In this document: positions 28,351 to 38,522 of the stretch, in pieces
Position numbering within the stretch: the stretch's first letter is position 1
Layout of the letters: every line of letters starts with the position of its first letter
DNA from: an uncultured bacterium
GTDB lineage: Bacteria > Patescibacteriota > Minisyncoccia > Phycocordibacterales > UBA2100
Length of the DNA: 64,000 nucleotides
Assembly (NCBI GenBank): GCA_903824595.1
Contig: CAIJXH010000004.1
Span: forward strand, 40,697-104,696
Direction of reading: 5' to 3'
Notes under the pieces: model-generated
The model's input: only the letters and a program-made list of their open reading frames with translations
What the model was told of the DNA's origin: nothing
Databases searched by the model: none
Program-made: the position numbers and the translations under genes

Positions 28351-31300
28351 TCACGCCGCTTCTGTATGCACAGTCTGATTCTTCTGTCTGTCAGCGACGC
28401 TCTTTAGATACTCCTGAATGACGGGTATCTTGCTGATGTACTTTTCGTACATGTCGACATACTGGGAATTTTTGATATTGGGCGTGCCTGCATATTCACC
28501 CGCTTGATCGCTATACTCATACCGCGGAGTAACAAGATCTCCGGCTTCAACCCATTTGTTCTGAAGACCCATAGAATTTACCCGATTCGTTTTATTCACC
28601 TTCATCTCAATGTGACCTATCCACGCCCTGCCCGATTCATCTCGGCAAAACGTATATCGGAACCGCCCATCTTTCGAATCGAAAGTTTCCATGAACATTT
28701 TTCCATAAAGTTCATTGCTTACTTCCCAGCTACCGACCGGTTTAGCGAACACTGGGGATTCTTTTTCTTGTATCACGAGCTGTTCCGGTGCTATTTTGCC
28801 ATCACGCGAAATTGAGACATCTTTTAATTTCACGCTGTCATCTGTGACCTGACCATAGAACGTAGCTTCTTCCTCATCGCGAGCTATTGCCCTCGCAGTA
28901 CCGGCAAAGACAAACTCCGGATTAATATCCGAGAGTACTTTTTGTACTCCTTGTTTACTGATTCCGGACAGTGCTTTTTGCAGATCGGATGGCAACGTTA
29001 CACTTTCTTCTCGATAACCTTTACTGAACCAGCGCATAACGCCGTTCGTCGCAACATATTGCGGCAAGTACCGCCACATACTCTGCGAATTACTCAAATA
29101 ATATGACCGTGCGACATATTTATCTCTCTCCTCGGGTATATATGCAATCACGGCTACGCGACCGCCACCCAATTCATAACACGAAGAAAATCGTATCTTC
29201 TTATTACCACCAATAGTAACCTCGTATTTCGGACCAAGACCGGCACGAGCAATCGCGCCGGAATCCAACGTGACACCATTGAACGCACTACCATTGATTG
29301 AAAGTTTTTTCAGTATTCGAGAACTAACTTTTTCATCAATTTGTTTCGGTATCCCTGTGTTCAGGTTGTCATTTGCTTCGATACCGACCATCGATGTCCG
29401 TGGTGCGGATTCTTCGACAGGTGCCTCCACAGAAGACACGCGTGGGATATTATTCTCTGCAATATTTTCATTTCCTTCTGTGACAGACGCTTCCGATTGT
29501 TCCACCTGAGGTGGCGAAGACACATCTTGCGCTTCGACAGAAGGATTTACCCCGCGCACACGCTCCATCGCGCGACGCGACACAAACGGAATGAGCCACG
29601 GCGTCTCAATCGCGAGCCCGCGCGCAACGGGAATCTGCGGAGCCGGAGGCACTGGCAAAGACGGCGGGAGCGGTACGGTGGTTGTCTCTTGATGCGATTC
29701 GGTTATTGTGCTTGTGATAGTGCGTATCGCATTAGCTCCGCGATCAGTCGCCCATATACGCGCCGCAAGACCGCGCGGTGTATTCCTGAATTCCCCAACC
29801 TCCGCGGCTTTTCCTTGGAATTGGAAGATGTGCCGACCACCCGATCCAACATCCTTGAAAAGAAGCTTACCTGCTTCACTGTCTACCGGAATGCGCGCCC
29901 TACCATTGGCATCAAACTTGAAATCAAACGCTCTGCCCTGCGTATCACCCGAGAGTGTGAGCAGGAGTCTGAAATCCGCATGAGACTGGTGTAAGCGTGC
30001 CAAACCAGCGCGATGCATGCCGCGCATACTCATCTCGTAGTATTGCTTGCCGTCTGCACCGGTGATCAGCTTTGCCCCTTCCTTGCCCCCGCCACTCAGA
30101 CCAAGCTCGTCGAAATCGGGATGACGCGTCCCCCAATCCTGCCAGCCAAACCTGCGATTCACATCAATCATACCGTGCCTTTGAACGGCATACTGTTGTG
30201 GATTTAGAGATATGTCTCGAGTCGACTGTATGGTGACGGTACGCGTCGTCGGTGCTTGAACCGAAGCTTCAACCGAAACAACAGGTGCAGCATTGACTGT
30301 CGAATCTCCGTGAAGCCATGCGCCCAAGCTCTTCAAGAATGTCTGCTTGCCCGCGCCCGACTCAAACACCCCGACCTGATCCGCACTTACCGCCGCCACG
30401 GCTTCCTGCGCCGCCGTCCCCACCGTGAGACCAACCGCGGTACCGATCACCCCCATCTTCCACGCGCGCTTCTTGCGCATGGCGTCGAAGAGCTTGTCTT
30501 TTGCATTGATGCCTTTCTCGTGGCCGGTGAGATAATGCTTCGCATGGAAGATACGTTGATCAATACTCGTAGGCGTAAGACCTGGATACTCCTTGAGCCG
30601 GGCCTTTGCCGTCGCACGTGCTATATCGAGTGCCAGACGCTCCTGCGCGACACTTGATACACCCGAATACGATATCAGGTCTATCTTCTGACGATCAGAA
30701 AGCTGAATACGCGCTTCGATCTCGCACAGCGTTGCCAATACGCTCTCAGCATCGCCTTCGTCCACAGCCGTATTGAGCGTATTCGTGAGTACGATCGCGG
30801 GTATCATCTCGTGCGCATACCGCTCCATGTCGGCGCGACGCGGACGCATAGTCTCGGGAACACCCGCCACATCCTTGCCCACCGCCTTTTCACGCGCATG
30901 CATGCGACGTTCTTCCTTGAATCGCTTTGACTCCTGCGCATACGCCAACGCACCCGCTCCCGCGCCGGCGGCGCCAAATGTCGCCCACGCCATCGCCCTG
31001 CTGAATGCCGCCTTGCTCGCAATGGTCGCCACCGCCGCTGCAGCACCCACGGCAAGCGGACTTGCAATCGCCGCTCCAAATCGGGTGCTCTGCATTTTCT
31101 CGAGTATCCTATCGGCGGTATTGAATCCCGCTTCTGTACGCGCTCCCAATCGAGCACGCCCGATCACGATTTCGTAGTCCTTCTTGATGTCCTCGACTCC
31201 TTCGTAGTGAGCTATATTTGCGCGAATGTGAGTGGCGACCTCGACGATATTGTCGGCAAACATCGTTCCCTGATCCAACACATTCTTGTCGCCAAGCTGC

Positions 31301-31824
31301 TGGACAGCGATCTTTACATTCTCACGCAAATGATTCTTTATGACATCTTCCTGACCAGGATCAGTCGCATCAATCGGCCGCGTCGCGAAATCATAGAGCG
31401 CATTGTAAATCTGCTTCTGAAGTCTGCTCTCCTCCAAAACCTTTCTCATCTCGCCCGCCTCTTGATGAATAGCCGCCTCGACGGCATCCGAGCTAAACTG
31501 CTCGACCACCGCTTTCATGGTCGCCTCGTGCTGCTCTTCCGTACCACCATCTCTGACATAGATATTTCCTTTCTCGGCGATTTCCTTCCGCGCGGCGACG
31601 ATCTCCTTCTGGCGATAGTACTCGCGAGCAAGATTGTTCTTCCATATATTCCTCCCCATGTCTTTCCATCCCTTTGCCGTGAGAAGACTCGCCTTTTCAT
31701 TGGAATCGACGGTGAGCGACGCATCTGCCGCATCGCGTGCGGCACTCTCGAGCGCGTGCGATACGTCGGCGATGACGATTTTTTTCTTCACCCCCTCACG
31801 TTTGTTATACGAAGGTCTTTCCAT
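28351..31824 (-). CDS. Large hypothetical protein (helical N-terminus, Gly/Ala TM hairpins, distinct C-terminal domain)
   Basis: 1157-aa ORF, 3 nt downstream of the preceding gene; Pro/Glu linker before an AT-richer C-terminal domain. Confidence 0.75.
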   Translation of the reverse strand: MERPSYNKREGVKKKIVIADVSHALESAARDAADASLTVDSNEKASLLTAKGWKDMGRNIWKNNLAREYYRQKEIVAARKEIAEKGNIYVRDGGTEEQHEATMKAVVEQFSSDAVEAAIHQEAGEMRKVLEESRLQKQIYNALYDFATRPIDATDPGQEDVIKNHLRENVKIAVQQLGDKNVLDQGTMFADNIVEVATHIRANIAHYEGVEDIKKDYEIVIGRARLGARTEAGFNTADRILEKMQSTRFGAAIASPLAVGAAAAVATIASKAAFSRAMAWATFGAAGAGAGALAYAQESKRFKEERRMHAREKAVGKDVAGVPETMRPRRADMERYAHEMIPAIVLTNTLNTAVDEGDAESVLATLCEIEARIQLSDRQKIDLISYSGVSSVAQERLALDIARATAKARLKEYPGLTPTSIDQRIFHAKHYLTGHEKGINAKDKLFDAMRKKRAWKMGVIGTAVGLTVGTAAQEAVAAVSADQVGVFESGAGKQTFLKSLGAWLHGDSTVNAAPVVSVEASVQAPTTRTVTIQSTRDISLNPQQYAVQRHGMIDVNRRFGWQDWGTRHPDFDELGLSGGGKEGAKLITGADGKQYYEMSMRGMHRAGLARLHQSHADFRLLLTLSGDTQGRAFDFKFDANGRARIPVDSEAGKLLFKDVGSGGRHIFQFQGKAAEVGEFRNTPRGLAARIWATDRGANAIRTITSTITESHQETTTVPLPPSLPVPPAPQIPVARGLAIETPWLIPFVSRRAMERVRGVNPSVEAQDVSSPPQVEQSEASVTEGNENIAENNIPRVSSVEAPVEESAPRTSMVGIEANDNLNTGIPKQIDEKVSSRILKKLSINGSAFNGVTLDSGAIARAGLGPKYEVTIGGNKKIRFSSCYELGGGRVAVIAYIPEERDKYVARSYYLSNSQSMWRYLPQYVATNGVMRWFSKGYREESVTLPSDLQKALSGISKQGVQKVLSDINPEFVFAGTARAIARDEEEATFYGQVTDDSVKLKDVSISRDGKIAPEQLVIQEKESPVFAKPVGSWEVSNELYGKMFMETFDSKDGRFRYTFCRDESGRAWIGHIEMKVNKTNRVNSMGLQNKWVEAGDLVTPRYEYSDQAGEYAGTPNIKNSQYVDMYEKYISKIPVIQEYLKSVADRQKNQTVHTEAA

Positions 31825-31827
31825 ACC

Positions 31828-32139
31828 TCAAGCGATTCCCAAGTACGCGTTTCTAAAGACAAGCAGCTCTTGAGCGATCCGCTCTTCGAGATCGGGAATT
31901 GTGGTTTTGCAAAAAGCTTGCACGTCTTCTTCTTTGCCACTATCGAGCAGCGTCTCAAATTCTTCATGCTTGTCGGCTGGCATCTCGGCAACAATCATCG
32001 CATTGATCCGATCATGCACGCGCACAGCAAGATCAGACTCGAGCTGCGCTTTTACATCGACATCCATTTCGAGCTGATCGATACCCTGCTCGGCGAGAAG
32101 CTTTCTGACAAACACGTGTACATTTTCGTCTGGATTCAT
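31828..32139 (-). CDS. DUF5663-like small acidic protein
   Basis: Acidic helical 103-aa protein, 'IPDLEE' motif typical of this CPR family (recalled). Confidence 0.6.
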   Translation of the reverse strand: MNPDENVHVFVRKLLAEQGIDQLEMDVDVKAQLESDLAVRVHDRINAMIVAEMPADKHEEFETLLDSGKEEDVQAFCKTTIPDLEERIAQELLVFRNAYLGIA

Positions 32140-32289
32140 ACGTTATTCATTTTTATATAAACTCATAAAAATCACGAGAGCGACCTGTGACACAGGATAG
32201 CACCCCCCCCAATTTCAACAACGCAATTCTTCACACCTTGCTCCGCGAAAAATGCAAACCCGCCCGACAAGTGGTATATTCTTCCCTAT

Positions 32290-32362
32290 CCGCCCGTAGC
32301 TCAGTCGGTAGAGCAGCTCCCTTTTAAGGAGACGGTCGTTGGTTCGATTCCAACCGGGCGGA
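32290..32362 (+). tRNA. tRNA-Lys(TTT)
   Basis: CCGCCCG/CGGGCGG acceptor stem, TAGCTCAGTCGGTAGAGC D-arm, loop CTTTTAA, GTTCGATTC; CCA not encoded. Confidence 0.95.
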
Positions 32363-32432
32363 CAATCAGGAGCGAAGCGGATGATTGTCCGCCCGAGCAG
32401 GGTGCCTGCGCACCCTGCGTGTTGGAATCGAA
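32363..32432 (+). repeat. Fold-back element complementary to the tRNA-Lys 3' half
   Basis: 32382-32395 pairs with 32355-32368; 32421-32432 pairs with 32343-32354; loop contains GAGCGAAGCG; internal hairpin at 32397-32418. Confidence 0.8.
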
Positions 32433-32451
32433 GCCCGGAACTATTTCTAGT

Positions 32452-33390
32452 TTATTTTTTGTTGATCAATCCACCAACGGCAACAAGTAAATCTTTTGCC
32501 GAAGCCAAACTTGATTTCACCGACTCGATGAGTTTACTCACCAGAGCAAGACTTGCCGTAGCAATGCCGATGACAGATTGCGGCTGATTTGGAACACTAC
32601 CCGTTGATACGATTACACCCGATTGAGCAGTTCCTGCTGATGACACGCTTGTGGCTCCTGACAACGGACTTGTTTGAGATGATGCCCCATAATCAGACGG
32701 CATACTGTAATTGAGCATCGACGTCGAGAGCACCGAGGATACCGTCGCGGGCGCGGCGGCGGTAACGACAGACGTCGCGACAGTCGATACCGTCGTAGAA
32801 GAAACCGCAACACGTGAGGCGGTTGACCCTGATAATCCTCCCGATAACGAAGACAAAAGACTCGACACCGCACTGTTGGCATCAGATGCCGCTGATGAGC
32901 TATTGAGTAACGCGCTAGAACCAGAAACGTTTGCCGTGCTTCCAAGAAGTGTGCTTGCCACGCTATCGGCAAGAGGTTGGGGTCCGCCAAACGCCTGTAC
33001 CACCGCGTTGTTGGCATCGTTGGCGCTCGATCCAGAAAGACCGCCGCCGCTCAAACCCATAGCCAGCACACCTGCGCCGACCACATACGAAAGACCGAGA
33101 CAAAATTGTGGAAACGCGCAAATGCCAATCACTCCGAGCGGATCGTAACATGGAAGCTCTGGGCAAAACGGCGGAGTTTGTATTTCTGGATCCATTTGAC
33201 ACACGCACTGCGCATCTGCCACCGTACTCGCCGCCCCTCCCGCTGCACCAGAACTAACGCTAGTCATTGCCGCATCACCACCAGTCACGAAATTGCCACC
33301 ACCCACTAATGTAGGATTATACTGTGCGCATGTAATCATGGGCATCCCCACAAGCAAAAGCAGTGCGATGAATCGATGCGTCATACTCAA
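32452..33390 (-). CDS. Secreted Ser/Ala-rich protein with small Cys-rich domain
   Basis: Signal peptide, Cys cluster, low-complexity S/T/A tail; ATGA-type overlap with the upstream gene. Confidence 0.65.
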   Translation of the reverse strand: MSMTHRFIALLLLVGMPMITCAQYNPTLVGGGNFVTGGDAAMTSVSSGAAGGAASTVADAQCVCQMDPEIQTPPFCPELPCYDPLGVIGICAFPQFCLGLSYVVGAGVLAMGLSGGGLSGSSANDANNAVVQAFGGPQPLADSVASTLLGSTANVSGSSALLNSSSAASDANSAVSSLLSSLSGGLSGSTASRVAVSSTTVSTVATSVVTAAAPATVSSVLSTSMLNYSMPSDYGASSQTSPLSGATSVSSAGTAQSGVIVSTGSVPNQPQSVIGIATASLALVSKLIESVKSSLASAKDLLVAVGGLINKK

Positions 33391-34841
33391 ATCGCCAAAT
33401 CAACCTCCGTACTATCGGTAATCGTCGTCCCGTCGAGCGTCGTGCATGTTGCGGTAAATGTAGTAGCATCGGTGATAGGAACAGTCGATGCGCCACCCGA
33501 AAGTGTCGTTTCGTGAAAACTCCCGTCCGACGATGTCACCACGCATGATGCCGTATCTTTTGAATTCCAAAATATTGAGGTACGTCCCGAGAGCGCGACG
33601 TGGGTAGGCGAAGCCCATATGACAATCTCTGGATGCAGCCCTGTAGGAGTCGTGGTGGCAGTTGGCTTCGCGACGATTCTCTTGCGCGCGATAGATGGAG
33701 TGGTCGTCGCAGAGGAATCCCCCACGCGGTAGCCGCCCCATGAACACAGTCCGTCAAAAAATGAAGGAGGAATGACGAAAGAAATAATGGAGTTTGCCCA
33801 CGGTCGCCACTGACACAAACTGCCAATAAATCCTTTGGGAGTATCGCTCAATGTATCGCCGCCATAAAATCCAGCCACTTCGGTATTTGCATCAAGATCG
33901 CGCGAATTGGCAACAATAGTACCGCCTAGTTTCGTATATACAATCGAACCCGTGAGCTTGGAAACCACCGATGTGGTGCCGATGGCGCCCGCGGACACTC
34001 GCACTGCCGGCTGACCATTGGTGGTTGTCGCATCTTCTGCCGGAAGCCCCAACAAACTATCGCTCACCGAGCTCGCGTCGGATCCCGTGTCTGTATATTG
34101 TGAAAGATAGTCACTCGCGCCAGAGCTTGCGTCGACAAGATCGCTCGACACAGTCGTCGTGTCCAGACCTCCCAACAAATCGGACGACACGCCTCCCGTG
34201 CCTCCAGGGACATAGTAAGCGCACGGGTCTGCCGATGGCACCGACACGGCATAGTACGACGAGCATCCCGATTGAATGTCGGCGTAGGGATTTGATCCAT
34301 ATCCGCTCGTATCGTTACTTCCTTTCGACCCACTTCCGCTGAACAACGACATGAGTTGCGACGCGGCGACAGAACCAATGATTTGTCCGATGGTGCCACT
34401 AGAACCGCCCAAACCGAGAGAATCGAGAAAACTAAATCCAACAGCATGACACGTGAGTGGCGCCACGCATTCTCCCCACACTTTGCCTCCCGGCATCGTT
34501 TGACCACACGGACACAGGTGCATGTTTGCTTTTGGTCCTGCCGGCGATGACACACATCCACCGTTTCCTTCAATAAATCCACATGGACACTTTATATTTA
34601 CAACGGCACACTCCACATTTGCCGCCTGTTGGGCTGCTGTATCAATAGCTTGGCTCGCCGCAGCACTACTTGCGGCATCTCCCGCCGCAGCAGCAGGTGC
34701 TTGGGCTGCATTACTTACTCCTGGTACATATGTATATTGTTTGATGTCTACACTACTGATGAAAGGACTTGTGTCCGCAGCCCCTACAGTAGGAGGAAAA
34801 ATCATCATCAAAAAAAACAACACGCATATACGCATCCACAT
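33387..34841 (-). CDS. Secreted Cys-rich protein with C-terminal Ig-like domain (paralog of 6504-8453)
   Basis: Signal peptide; shares SLFSG...SGYG.PY and (A)SP..V..G..S...W......SCVV.S.D...TTF...C.TL.G segments with the 6504 gene. Confidence 0.7.
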   Translation of the reverse strand: MWMRICVLFFLMMIFPPTVGAADTSPFISSVDIKQYTYVPGVSNAAQAPAAAAGDAASSAAASQAIDTAAQQAANVECAVVNIKCPCGFIEGNGGCVSSPAGPKANMHLCPCGQTMPGGKVWGECVAPLTCHAVGFSFLDSLGLGGSSGTIGQIIGSVAASQLMSLFSGSGSKGSNDTSGYGSNPYADIQSGCSSYYAVSVPSADPCAYYVPGGTGGVSSDLLGGLDTTTVSSDLVDASSGASDYLSQYTDTGSDASSVSDSLLGLPAEDATTTNGQPAVRVSAGAIGTTSVVSKLTGSIVYTKLGGTIVANSRDLDANTEVAGFYGGDTLSDTPKGFIGSLCQWRPWANSIISFVIPPSFFDGLCSWGGYRVGDSSATTTPSIARKRIVAKPTATTTPTGLHPEIVIWASPTHVALSGRTSIFWNSKDTASCVVTSSDGSFHETTLSGGASTVPITDATTFTATCTTLDGTTITDSTEVDLAI

Positions 34842-34885
34842 ATCTTCATGCTACAAGACACAGGGCTTTCCGCAACGTACAAACA

Positions 34886-35524
34886 TTAGGCTTTGTTGAT
34901 ACCCAAAACATACCGTTCCAGCGCGTATTCAAGATCGCATCCGCGACGTCGTGCTTCATGCGGCAGCTCGGCGAGGGAGGCAATGAGGCGGGAGGCGCGA
35001 CCCCGCTCCGTGGGTCGCGACTTGAGGAACATGTCTTTCGCACCCCAAAAGAGCACCCCGTGAATCGCCTCTGGCACGTCGCCGCGAGCAAGTGCGCGCT
35101 GGTATTCCACCCAGAGCGTCTTTTTGTCGCCACGCTTGAGCGCATCCGCCAAAACAAAAATGCCACTGTCTTTTTTCTTTCCACCCGGCAGATCAAACAC
35201 TTCTATCTTCTCCGCATACTTCCCCACCGTTTTTTTCGTCACCGCATCCATCTTTTCTTCGAGAATGAAGAATTCATCGGGCGACGATTTCATCACGGGC
35301 ATCATGCCAAGGACGGTCCTTGATAAGTCGTCGTTGCACAGTACGCCGTCCAAGACCACCGCCCATTGCTCGCCAAACATTCCCGCGCCTTGCAATCCAG
35401 CGCGCACATCATCGAGAGAATGTGCATCGGTAATGCGCACAATTTTCAGTCCGCTTTTTTCCACCGCCGCATTCATCGCCGCGCGCGACTTCTCCCGATC
35501 GGTGCCTGTGTAGACATACAACAT
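34886..35524 (-). CDS. DNA polymerase III delta (HolA)-like protein, short
   Basis: MLYVYTGTD start, GMFGEQ, IFVLADA, LEYALE; downstream of polA. Confidence 0.6.
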   Translation of the reverse strand: MLYVYTGTDREKSRAAMNAAVEKSGLKIVRITDAHSLDDVRAGLQGAGMFGEQWAVVLDGVLCNDDLSRTVLGMMPVMKSSPDEFFILEEKMDAVTKKTVGKYAEKIEVFDLPGGKKKDSGIFVLADALKRGDKKTLWVEYQRALARGDVPEAIHGVLFWGAKDMFLKSRPTERGRASRLIASLAELPHEARRRGCDLEYALERYVLGINKA

Positions 35525-35555
35525 ACCTCCATCATACCGCATCACATTCCCGCAC

Positions 35556-35587
35556 GAAAAAAGAAAACCGCCTCCGAGGAGGCGGTT
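35556..35587 (-). terminator. Intrinsic terminator
   Basis: AACCGCCTC-CGAG-GAGGCGGTT stem followed by a T-tract on the minus strand. Confidence 0.7.
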
Positions 35588-35666
35588 GAGTTTCGCGAGG
35601 TAAGACAGCCAGCGAGAAGATATCAGATTTCTTTTTGAAAATCAAATTTATTACTAGCTACTTCGA

Positions 35667-36041
35667 TCAAACTCGCGCTCTTACCATCGCTGGTATGCTG
35701 TAGAAAGACACGATTCCCGTGCCAATCCACAGCCACGAAACCCACGACCCCACTCTACATACCATCACCACTCCTGTGATGGTCATGACTGTGCCCGCCA
35801 TAAGAGCGCATGTCATGAAAATCATAAACCGGAGGAAAATTTCACATTCACACCCGCCTATCCATGTTTCCATGGATTTCATTTCTAGATAGATGACCGC
35901 CGCTGACGCGACACTGCCAAACATCCACCAATACAAAAACCATGTAATTCCGCTTTGCGGAAGAACAAATACTCCACCGAGTGACCCGAGGATCACTTCC
36001 GCGACGACAAATGACACAAGTCCGCTCATCAAGCCCTCCAC
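35667..36041 (-). CDS. Hypothetical 4-TM membrane protein
   Basis: Hydrophobic 124-aa ORF between polA and the terminator. Confidence 0.55.
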   Translation of the reverse strand: MEGLMSGLVSFVVAEVILGSLGGVFVLPQSGITWFLYWWMFGSVASAAVIYLEMKSMETWIGGCECEIFLRFMIFMTCALMAGTVMTITGVVMVCRVGSWVSWLWIGTGIVSFYSIPAMVRARV

Positions 36042-36134
36042 AGTTACCCATTGAAACTAAATACACTATGCCACGTATGCAATCATCTTGCAATCTTCCC
36101 CGCATCCATCCTAGAGGCGACACCTCTAGGATTT

Positions 36135-38522
36135 TCAGAATCTTGTCATCTCCCCCCAATTTTTCCCCACTGCAATCTCGGCGACGATGGGCACGCCGCC
36201 GAGCAGGGCGGGTGCGACGACGGATTCCATGATGCCGCGCAGCTCGCGTGCGATTGGTTCGGCTTCATTCTCCGCGACTTCGTAGACGAGTTCGTCGTGC
36301 ACTTGGAGAAGGAGTTTCGCTTTGTCGCGCCAGTCATTTTTTTCTATCAACGCATCGGTCGCTACCATCGCAAGCTTGATGATGTCGGCTTGCGTGCCTT
36401 GGATCGGCGCGTTGGTCGCCATACGTTCGGCTTGCGCACGCATGGTGGGCAACGCAGATGTGAGCGCAGGAAAATAGCGACGACGACCGAAAAGTGTCTC
36501 GGTGTAGCCGAGGCGCGCCGCGTCTTGTTTCGTCTTCTCGATGTATTTCTTCACACCAGAAAACCGCTCAAAATACTGCGCAAGAAAATCCGCCGCCTCC
36601 GCGCGGGTCACTTCCGCTCCCAAATTCGCGCGGAGCGCGTTGACACCCATGCCGTAGAGGATACCGAAGTTGATCACCTTGGCACGACGGCGCATTTCGT
36701 AGTCAACCTTCTCGTGTGGCACACCAAACACGCCAGATGCGACCGCCGTGTGCACGTCGCCACCCTCCTTGAACGTGTGAATCAGCGTCTCGTCGCCCGA
36801 AAGCCCCGCCGCGATGCGAAGCTCGATTTGCGAGTAATCAATCGCCGCGAACAGCTTGCCCTCGGGCGCGACAAACGCGCGGCGGATTTTTTTGCCGTGC
36901 TCGGTTTTCACGGGAATGTTCTGAAGATTTGGATTCTGGCTCGCCATGCGCCCTGTCGTCGTCCCCGCCTGCAAAAATTCCGCGTGCAACCTGCCATCGC
37001 TTGCCACGAGCCCGGGGATTTTTTCGATGTAGGTGGAGAGCAGTTTCTGCAGCTCGCGATACGCGAGCACATCGGCGATGATCGGATGCTGATCGCTTAT
37101 CTTGGCTAATTCTTCTTCGCGCGTGGTACGCGCGCCGGTTGCCGTTTTCTTTTGTTTTTCCGGCACGATTTTGAGCTCGTCGTACAGCACAACACCGAGC
37201 TGCTTGGGAGAATTGATGTTGAAATCATGCCCTGCATGCGCGACGATCTTCCCAACCGCATTACCAAGCTCTTTACCATACTCTTTTGCGAGCGTCGCAA
37301 GATAGGCAGTGTCGATCGCTACGCCGGTTGCGTTCATCCGCTCCACTACCGAAATAAGAGGTTTCTCGATGTCCTCGTACACTGCCGCGAGTCGCCCTGT
37401 CTTGTGTAGTTCCGCAAAGAGATTCTTGCGCGCCGTGGCAAAATCGTTCGCATGCCCATCGCGCAAAATATCGTCGAGCACCGGACTGGTCGTATCGGAA
37501 TGCAAAAGCCAAAGCGCGATCGCCGTTTCCTTCTGCTCGCGCGCATCAATCTCCTCCCTCATTACTGACTGCGGCTCCTGCGGCACGCCGGATGAGCGTT
37601 CCACGGCGGCGAACACGCGGCTCTTGAGCGAACCGAATTCCAGCTCTTCGCACAAAGCGATGATCGTGTCGACATGCTCACTCATACGCCACGAATGATC
37701 GGGCAGTGAGAATGAAATTGGCGCATCGGTGCGTATGGTAGCGAGATGTTTGGAAAGTTTCGCTGCCTCCTCGCCTTCGCGGATTTTATCCGCCATCTTT
37801 CCTTTCACACCCGACTCTTCGAGCGCCTTTGGATCGGCGTTGATCGCGCGGTACATATCTTCGATCGATCCGAATATCCCAATGAGCTCTTCGGCGGTCT
37901 TCTCACCTACGCCCTTGATGCCGGGGATATTGTCGGAAGGATCGCCGCGAAGCGCCTTGTAATCCACTACATGCTCCGGTCCAAAACCGTATCGTTCGCG
38001 CACACGATCAGCATCATAAAGAATCGTATCCGCCAAACCTTTGCGAAGCGTGTACACTCGCGCACGATCCGACACCAATTGCAGTGCATCGAGATCGCCC
38101 GTCGCAATGACTGATTCAATGTCGGCGCGATCTTTGAGCGCATGCACGATCGTCCCGATGCAGTCGTCTGCCTCAAACCCCGGTGCGGAGTACACAGGAA
38201 TGCCAAACGCCGTGAAGATCTCGGGCGCTTTCTGAAGCTGCGCGATGAGCTCTGGCTCGGCTTTCGCGCGCGTACCTTTGTAGTCTTCAAACACCTCGTG
38301 CCGCATCGTCTTCCCCGGCAGATCGCGACACGCCACCACATAGTCGGGCTTGAGATCGTCGATGATTTTCAGGAGCATGGAGACGAGTCCGTAGAGCGCA
38401 CCCGTCGGCTCGCCTTTAGATGTAGAAAAATCCGGCACCGCATGGTACGCGCGATGCAGAATCGCGTGCGAGTCGAGGATGACGAGGCGTTTGGTGTCAG
38501 TGCGTTTGTTAGTTGATTTCAT
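36135..38522 (-). CDS. polA: DNA polymerase I (5'-3' exonuclease plus polymerase; 3'-5' exonuclease reduced)
   Basis: RAYHA, EADD, GDPSDNIPG, TGRMAS..PNLQNIP, DYSQIELR, KVINFGILYG, QVHDE. Confidence 0.96.
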   Translation of the reverse strand: MKSTNKRTDTKRLVILDSHAILHRAYHAVPDFSTSKGEPTGALYGLVSMLLKIIDDLKPDYVVACRDLPGKTMRHEVFEDYKGTRAKAEPELIAQLQKAPEIFTAFGIPVYSAPGFEADDCIGTIVHALKDRADIESVIATGDLDALQLVSDRARVYTLRKGLADTILYDADRVRERYGFGPEHVVDYKALRGDPSDNIPGIKGVGEKTAEELIGIFGSIEDMYRAINADPKALEESGVKGKMADKIREGEEAAKLSKHLATIRTDAPISFSLPDHSWRMSEHVDTIIALCEELEFGSLKSRVFAAVERSSGVPQEPQSVMREEIDAREQKETAIALWLLHSDTTSPVLDDILRDGHANDFATARKNLFAELHKTGRLAAVYEDIEKPLISVVERMNATGVAIDTAYLATLAKEYGKELGNAVGKIVAHAGHDFNINSPKQLGVVLYDELKIVPEKQKKTATGARTTREEELAKISDQHPIIADVLAYRELQKLLSTYIEKIPGLVASDGRLHAEFLQAGTTTGRMASQNPNLQNIPVKTEHGKKIRRAFVAPEGKLFAAIDYSQIELRIAAGLSGDETLIHTFKEGGDVHTAVASGVFGVPHEKVDYEMRRRAKVINFGILYGMGVNALRANLGAEVTRAEAADFLAQYFERFSGVKKYIEKTKQDAARLGYTETLFGRRRYFPALTSALPTMRAQAERMATNAPIQGTQADIIKLAMVATDALIEKNDWRDKAKLLLQVHDELVYEVAENEAEPIARELRGIMESVVAPALLGGVPIVAEIAVGKNWGEMTRF

